Below the pieces are notes generated by a model. The model saw nothing but the letters and a program-made list of their open reading frames with translations, made no database searches and was not told where the DNA came from. Below are positions 57,275-64,000 of a stretch of DNA of 64,000 nucleotides, piece by piece; position 1 is the first letter of the stretch; the number at the start of each line of letters is the position of its first letter. The translations under genes and the position numbers were made by a program. The stretch lies in NCBI RefSeq assembly GCF_000006765.1, contig NC_002516.2, one strand, 5' to 3'. Source of the DNA: Pseudomonas aeruginosa PAO1 (GTDB lineage: Bacteria > Pseudomonadota > Gammaproteobacteria > Pseudomonadales > Pseudomonadaceae).

Positions 57275-57967
57275 TCACACCGAACAGATTTCTTCAGCAT
57301 TCAGGGGGCGCCAGGCACCCGGCGGCAACTGCGGGTCGAGACAAATATCGCCCATGCGCTCGCGGTGCAGGCGCAGCACCTTGTTGTCGAAGTGGCCGAA
57401 CATGCGCTTGACCTGGTGATAGCGGCCTTCGTGCAGGGTCAGGCGGGCGCAGCGTGGGCCGATCGGTTCGAGCTGCGCGGGGAGGGTGACCAGGTCTTCG
57501 AAGCGGAAGTGGAGGCCGGCGGCGAAGGCATCCACGTAGCGTTGGTCGATGGGCGCCTCGGTTTCCACGTAGTAGACCTTGTCGCGCCGGCTGCCCGGCA
57601 GGGTCAGGCGGCGCGACCACTGGCCATCGTTGGTCAGCAGCATCAGGCCGGTGGTGTTGTAGTCGAGACGACCGCCAATGTGTAGGTCGTCGCGCAGGTC
57701 TTCCGGGAACAGGTCGAGGACGGTCGGGTGTTGCGGGTCGCGGGTGGCGCTGACGCAGCCCATCGGTTTGTGCAGCATGTAGTAGCGCGCCGGCTTGCCA
57801 GCCTGGAGCAGCCGCTCGTCCAGTTCCACCCGGCTGAACACCCGCACCTCGTGGGTGCCGTCGCGCACCACCTGGCCGTCCACGCGCAAGTGTCCACCGG
57901 CGATCAGCATCTGCGCGTCGCGGCGGCTGAGTTCGGGCAGGTTGGCGAGGAAGCGGTCCAGGCGCAT
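57275..57967 (-). CDS. rsuA: RsuA-family 16S rRNA pseudouridine synthase
   Basis: MRLDRFL S4 domain, HKPMGCVSA, GRLDYNTTGL, EGRYHQVKRMF. Confidence 0.88.
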   Translation of the reverse strand: MRLDRFLANLPELSRRDAQMLIAGGHLRVDGQVVRDGTHEVRVFSRVELDERLLQAGKPARYYMLHKPMGCVSATRDPQHPTVLDLFPEDLRDDLHIGGRLDYNTTGLMLLTNDGQWSRRLTLPGSRRDKVYYVETEAPIDQRYVDAFAAGLHFRFEDLVTLPAQLEPIGPRCARLTLHEGRYHQVKRMFGHFDNKVLRLHRERMGDICLDPQLPPGAWRPLNAEEICSV

Positions 57968-58179
57968 CAGTCGTCGGCGTCGGGCGGCAGCAGTTGCGCG
58001 CAGCGTGGGCAGAGGCAGGCGCGGCGGCGCAGCTCGGCGGGAATCCGCTCCAGCACGGCCGCATCGATCTCCGTGGTGAAGCACCAGCAAGCCTGGGTGG
58101 CGCTAGTGGGATAGGCCAGGGTGCAGCGGTTGGATTGCTGGCACAGCGGGCAGCGGCCTGGATCGATTTCGCTGTTCAT
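57967..58179 (-). CDS. Small Cys-rich protein (CWC family-like), 70 aa
   Basis: CPLCQQSNRC, CWCF, CLCPRC; stop overlaps the rsuA start. Confidence 0.8.
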   Translation of the reverse strand: MNSEIDPGRCPLCQQSNRCTLAYPTSATQACWCFTTEIDAAVLERIPAELRRRACLCPRCAQLLPPDADD

Positions 58180-58259
58180 GGCGCGGTGGATGGCTGGCGG
58201 GTGCCCAGGGTGCAGGGCCCGGCGCGCGGATGCAAGCATCGTGCGCCAGGCGGGGCGTT

Positions 58260-59075
58260 TCAGCGGCGAACGGCGTTGGTGATCCAGGGCTCCAGGCGCT
58301 GGCCGAAGCTGAGGTGCAGTTCCAGCGGCGCTAGCCGGTAGTTTTGTTCGTCGACCTTGGCGAATACCGCGTGCCATTGTCGTGGCACGTTGATCGCGGC
58401 GAGGTCGGTACGGCTGATGTAGCCGCCGACCAGCGTCCTGCCTCCGTCGACCGCGGACCAGGGACGCACCCGGCCCTTGACGATGGCGTAGCGCTGGCGC
58501 TCGGGGTAGCGCTGGCGCAGGGCGGCCAGGTCGAGGCCGGTGTCGACGATGAACAGTCGGCTGGCCTCTCCCTGCTCATGCTTCAGTTGGTGGCGAGCGG
58601 CCTCCATCTGGCTGGACAGCATTTCGTCCTTGGGCAGGGCCTTGCTGCGGGCGCGGGCCTCGGCCAGGCGCTCCTCGGCCAGGCGTACTTCGCGGCGATA
58701 GGCCGGGCCGTCGAGCTCCAGGACCAGCAGCACCTGTTTTTCCTGTTGGCGGCGGTAGCGCCGTACGCTCTCTTCGTCGAGCGCGTCCGGGATGCTGAAA
58801 CCGAGGGCGCGCATCTGCTCGGGCGGCAGCGGGGGAGCGAGGTCACTGGGCGGCTCGCTGCTCGGCGAGCGAAGCTCCAGGCGCAGTTCGACGCCACTGT
58901 TCTCTTCGCTCCAGAAACCGTAGGACCAGTTGCGCTGGAGCTCGCGCTGGCTGAGCACCAGCTTGCTTTCGGCCTCGCCGGACCGGTTCCAGGCGACGCC
59001 ACCGAGGGCGGCCAGGTTCGCCGCCAGCAGCAGGAGGCTGCCGGCGATCAGGGCGTTGCGACGGTTGCGATTCAT
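58260..59075 (-). CDS. Hypothetical membrane-anchored protein (DUF4824-like)
   Basis: N-terminal TM, LVLSQRELQ and GQRLEPWI; coupled to the upstream gene. Confidence 0.72.
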   Translation of the reverse strand: MNRNRRNALIAGSLLLLAANLAALGGVAWNRSGEAESKLVLSQRELQRNWSYGFWSEENSGVELRLELRSPSSEPPSDLAPPLPPEQMRALGFSIPDALDEESVRRYRRQQEKQVLLVLELDGPAYRREVRLAEERLAEARARSKALPKDEMLSSQMEAARHQLKHEQGEASRLFIVDTGLDLAALRQRYPERQRYAIVKGRVRPWSAVDGGRTLVGGYISRTDLAAINVPRQWHAVFAKVDEQNYRLAPLELHLSFGQRLEPWITNAVRR

Positions 59076-60148
59076 GCGTCAGTCCTCGCGGCGATGCCCA
59101 GGGGCGTGCGCAGGCGGCGCAGGACCAGCAGGATCAGCAGGGCGCTGAGGCCGAGCACCAGGAAGAACAGGTACTTCGGCATCGCTTCCCACCACCAGTC
59201 GAAGAACTTGGTGTAGAGGAAGATGACGAAGAAGGTGATCCCGGTATTGCTCACGTCCGCCCAGTTGCGTCGCGCGCCGAGCCAGATCACAAGGGCGGCG
59301 GCGACGAAGCCGGCGACCTGGTAGAGCCCCTCGATGAGCGCCGACGGTAACGCCAGGTAGCTGCCTGAGCCCCAGTTGGCCAGCACCAGCATCGGCAGGA
59401 ACAGGCCGAGCAGGGCGAACACCCGGTAGATCACGGCGAAGCCGCTGAAGTTGCGCTGATCGAAGCACAGCGGCACGGCGAAGATCAGCGCGGCGGCGGG
59501 GAAGAAGTTCTCCGGTCGCTCGCCTACGCTCAGCCAGTAGCCGCCGCCCCAGGTGCCGACGCGCGCGGCGATGAAACCCATCACGCAGAGGATCGCCGCC
59601 GCCAGCAGCAGGCGGGCGTTGCACAGGTAGGCCAGGAGCAGGGCGTAGAGCGCCCAGGGCACCAGCGCCAGGTCGCTGGGGGTGACGTTGAATATCTGCC
59701 CGAGCATGGTCAGGTCGAGGACGAAGCAGGCGAACGCGACCATCGCCGCCAGCTTGCTGAAGTAGCCCGAGGCGTCCTTGGCCTGGACCCAGAGCGTGGC
59801 GAAGAACGCGGCGAAGGCGCTGCCGATCAGGATCGCCACCTGGGCGACGGTGGGGAACAGGCCCCAGAAGCGATAGAACAGCAGGAACACGCTGGCGGCG
59901 AAGGCCAGGGCGCCGAAGAACGAGGCTACCCGCATGCCCAGCGAAAGTTGCTGGCTGCGCAGGTCGTGGTCGATGTCGAAACGGTCGCGGTAGCTGTCCA
60001 GCAGGGCCAGGTGATAGTCGGCGAGTTGCCGGGCCTGGGCCGGTTCGAGGCGGAACGCCTGCTCCTGGTCGAGGCGTTGCAGCTCGCGCTGGAACACCAG
60101 GATGTCGTTGGCGCGCTGCTGTGCCTGGGCGCGGTCGATGGGTTGCAT
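59072..60148 (-). CDS. Multi-pass membrane protein (DUF2157-like)
   Basis: AGGAG RBS, about 9 TM segments, LGQIFNV motif. Confidence 0.78.
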   Translation of the reverse strand: MQPIDRAQAQQRANDILVFQRELQRLDQEQAFRLEPAQARQLADYHLALLDSYRDRFDIDHDLRSQQLSLGMRVASFFGALAFAASVFLLFYRFWGLFPTVAQVAILIGSAFAAFFATLWVQAKDASGYFSKLAAMVAFACFVLDLTMLGQIFNVTPSDLALVPWALYALLLAYLCNARLLLAAAILCVMGFIAARVGTWGGGYWLSVGERPENFFPAAALIFAVPLCFDQRNFSGFAVIYRVFALLGLFLPMLVLANWGSGSYLALPSALIEGLYQVAGFVAAALVIWLGARRNWADVSNTGITFFVIFLYTKFFDWWWEAMPKYLFFLVLGLSALLILLVLRRLRTPLGIAARTDA

Positions 60149-60386
60149 GCATGCTCCTTGAGCGGTTCCGGCGGGGCCGGCAGTCCTTGGTCCGCGCACT
60201 CTACCGAGAAACGCCGGCTGCGGTCACGTTCTGGAGGTCCGTGTCGTTGGTCGGATTCAGGGAATTTCCGTTTTTTCCTTCGGTCTCTATTGCAGCCGGG
60301 TTGCAACCGCCGCAACCGGCTTCCCGCTCCATCGGGATTTTGTCCAGGCGTGGTTCGGCTGCGTTCTGCGATGAAGGAGAATGCTG

Positions 60387-60560
60387 ATGGTCATGCGATT
60401 GTTCGGGCTGCTACTGGCGGCCTTCCTGATGAGCGGTTGCAGCGTTCGGGTGCCGGGCGCCTACGTCGAACTGGATCCGTTCGACGATGGCTACTACGGC
60501 TACGATCGCGGCGGCCCGCCCCATTGTCCTCCGGGCCACGCCAAGAAAGGCTGGTGCTGA
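60387..60560 (+). CDS. Small lipoprotein with CPPGHAKKGWC tail
   Basis: AAGGAG RBS; lipobox LMSG-C; below the ORF-track cutoff. Confidence 0.75.
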   Translation: MVMRLFGLLLAAFLMSGCSVRVPGAYVELDPFDDGYYGYDRGGPPHCPPGHAKKGWC

Positions 60561-60655
60561 GCCCACTTCCTTTTCCCGAGTCTTCACGTCGTATGCGCGC
60601 CTCGCGGCGTCGCCGGTCGTCCGGCCGGTCGGCAGCGGGGCCGCAGGAGGCTGCC

Positions 60656-61111
60656 ATGTGGCGCACATTCCTGAGAGTCCCGCTTCTTCTGCTTCTCGCC
60701 AGCCTGGGTGGCTGCGCGGTGTATGACTACGACTACGATGACGGCGATTGGCGCCACTATCGTGGCCAGCCCTACGGCTACGCCTACGAAGTGCCGCGCT
60801 ATCGCGTGTATGACGATGGCTGGCGCAGCGAACGGCGCTACTACTCGACGCGCTACTACGACCAACGCTACTACCCGGCGCCACGCCGCTACGATGGCCA
60901 CCGCGACTACCGGCGCGAGCAATATCGCTACCAGCAGCGCTACCACGAATCGCGCCCGGCCCATCGTGGCGAGCGGCATCCGGGCAACTGGCAGCGCGGC
61001 GGCCAGCCGCAATGGCGCGGGCATTCTCCGCAACGCTGGCAACAACACGGTCGGCAGGATCGTCCGGGACACCAGGGCCAGCAGGGCGGGACACCTCGCT
61101 GGCGCAACTGA
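60656..61111 (+). CDS. Lipoprotein with Tyr/Arg/Gln-rich low-complexity tail, 151 aa
   Basis: AGGAGG RBS; lipobox LGG-C; YYSTRYYDQRYYP...QQHGRQ. Confidence 0.8.
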   Translation: MWRTFLRVPLLLLLASLGGCAVYDYDYDDGDWRHYRGQPYGYAYEVPRYRVYDDGWRSERRYYSTRYYDQRYYPAPRRYDGHRDYRREQYRYQQRYHESRPAHRGERHPGNWQRGGQPQWRGHSPQRWQQHGRQDRPGHQGQQGGTPRWRN

Positions 61112-61227
61112 GGTGCGCAAGGAAAGGCGGCGCCTGCGGGCGCCGTCGTGCTTTCCAGTCGAAAGTGCGGACCCTCTTGGCGCATTTGCTCGGCACACTC
61201 TGCCGATACCGAAACGAGGAGGTTCCC

Positions 61228-61473
61228 ATGAGTCATTTTCTGTCGTTCGCCAAGGGCGCCCTGGCGATGTTCTGGCTCGTCGCGCTGGTCAACCTGGCCT
61301 ACCCGCTGGGCGAGTTGCATCGACCGATCCTGCTGTTGTCCGGCGTGCTGGTGCTGGTCCATGCCGCCGAGATCCTGCTGCTCAACGGGCGTCTCAAGGC
61401 GCGCCCGGCACCTTGGCTGGAGCGCCTCCAGGTGCTGCTGTTCGGCGTCCTGCACCTGCGTAGCCTCGGCTGA
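61228..61473 (+). CDS. Small membrane protein (DUF1145-like), 81 aa
   Basis: GAGGAGG RBS; three hydrophobic segments, VHAAE, LLFGVLH. Confidence 0.78.
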   Translation: MSHFLSFAKGALAMFWLVALVNLAYPLGELHRPILLLSGVLVLVHAAEILLLNGRLKARPAPWLERLQVLLFGVLHLRSLG

Positions 61474-61595
61474 TTTACACAGGCTTTACTCTCGCCGCGG
61501 GCACCGCCCGCGCGCCGCGCAGTCCGATGTGCAGGTTCCGGAACAGGCAATCCTCCCGCATCCGCAGGAGAGGCCGGAACCGCACAGGAGGCGCC

Positions 61596-61784
61596 ATGCG
61601 TCGTTTGCTTTCCCTGCTGATCCTCGTCCTGCCGCTGTCGGCCTGCGTGGTCTACGACCGCAACGACCACCGGCATCGTCCCGACTACCGCTACGAGCGC
61701 TATCACGACCGCGACCGTGACAACCGCGGGCGCGACTGGAACCGTTCCTGGCAGGAGCGCCGCGACGACGCTCGCTGGCGCTGA
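61596..61784 (+). CDS. Small lipoprotein with Arg/Asp-rich tail, 62 aa
   Basis: AGGAGG RBS; lipobox LSA-C; DRNDHRHRPDYRYERYHDRDRD. Confidence 0.75.
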   Translation: MRRLLSLLILVLPLSACVVYDRNDHRHRPDYRYERYHDRDRDNRGRDWNRSWQERRDDARWR

Positions 61785-61787
61785 GCC

Positions 61788-64000
<2,213 letters not shown>

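Overview
High-GC Pseudomonas aeruginosa chromosomal window. Gene order and recognisable proteins match, from memory, the PAO1 PA0685-PA0740 region; locus tags and gene symbols below are recalled, not searched. Left to right: (1) end of the Hxc type II secretion cluster (hxcQ/R/S) and its DING/PstS-like substrates LapA/LapB; (2) a phosphate-starvation island with the 4180-aa TPS-like exoprotein PdtA, phdA, a TpsB transporter, ExbB-ExbD-TonB, a porin, YbjN and a PPIase; (3) housekeeping/accessory genes (LysR, AraC, desaturase, MFS, amidase, migA, catB7, toxR/regA, glyoxal detox genes) and a TopAI/YjhX-YjhQ-like toxin-antitoxin pair with an 8-codon leader peptide; (4) a complete 12,437-bp Pf4-type filamentous prophage (41311-53747) between 27-bp att repeats at tRNA-Gly(CCC); (5) phaG, two L,D-transpeptidase-family genes, rsuA-like, small lipoproteins, a LysR and the start of sdsA1. 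The most striking element is the AT-rich prophage cargo at 41463-44253. It consists of a sigma70 promoter, a structured RNA (PhrD plus a long msd-like hairpin), a perfect (CCCCGCT)18 array whose complement is G-quadruplex-prone, a retron-type reverse transcriptase and an ATPase-TOPRIM (OLD-like) effector. This looks like a retron system with an unusual repeat-containing leader.
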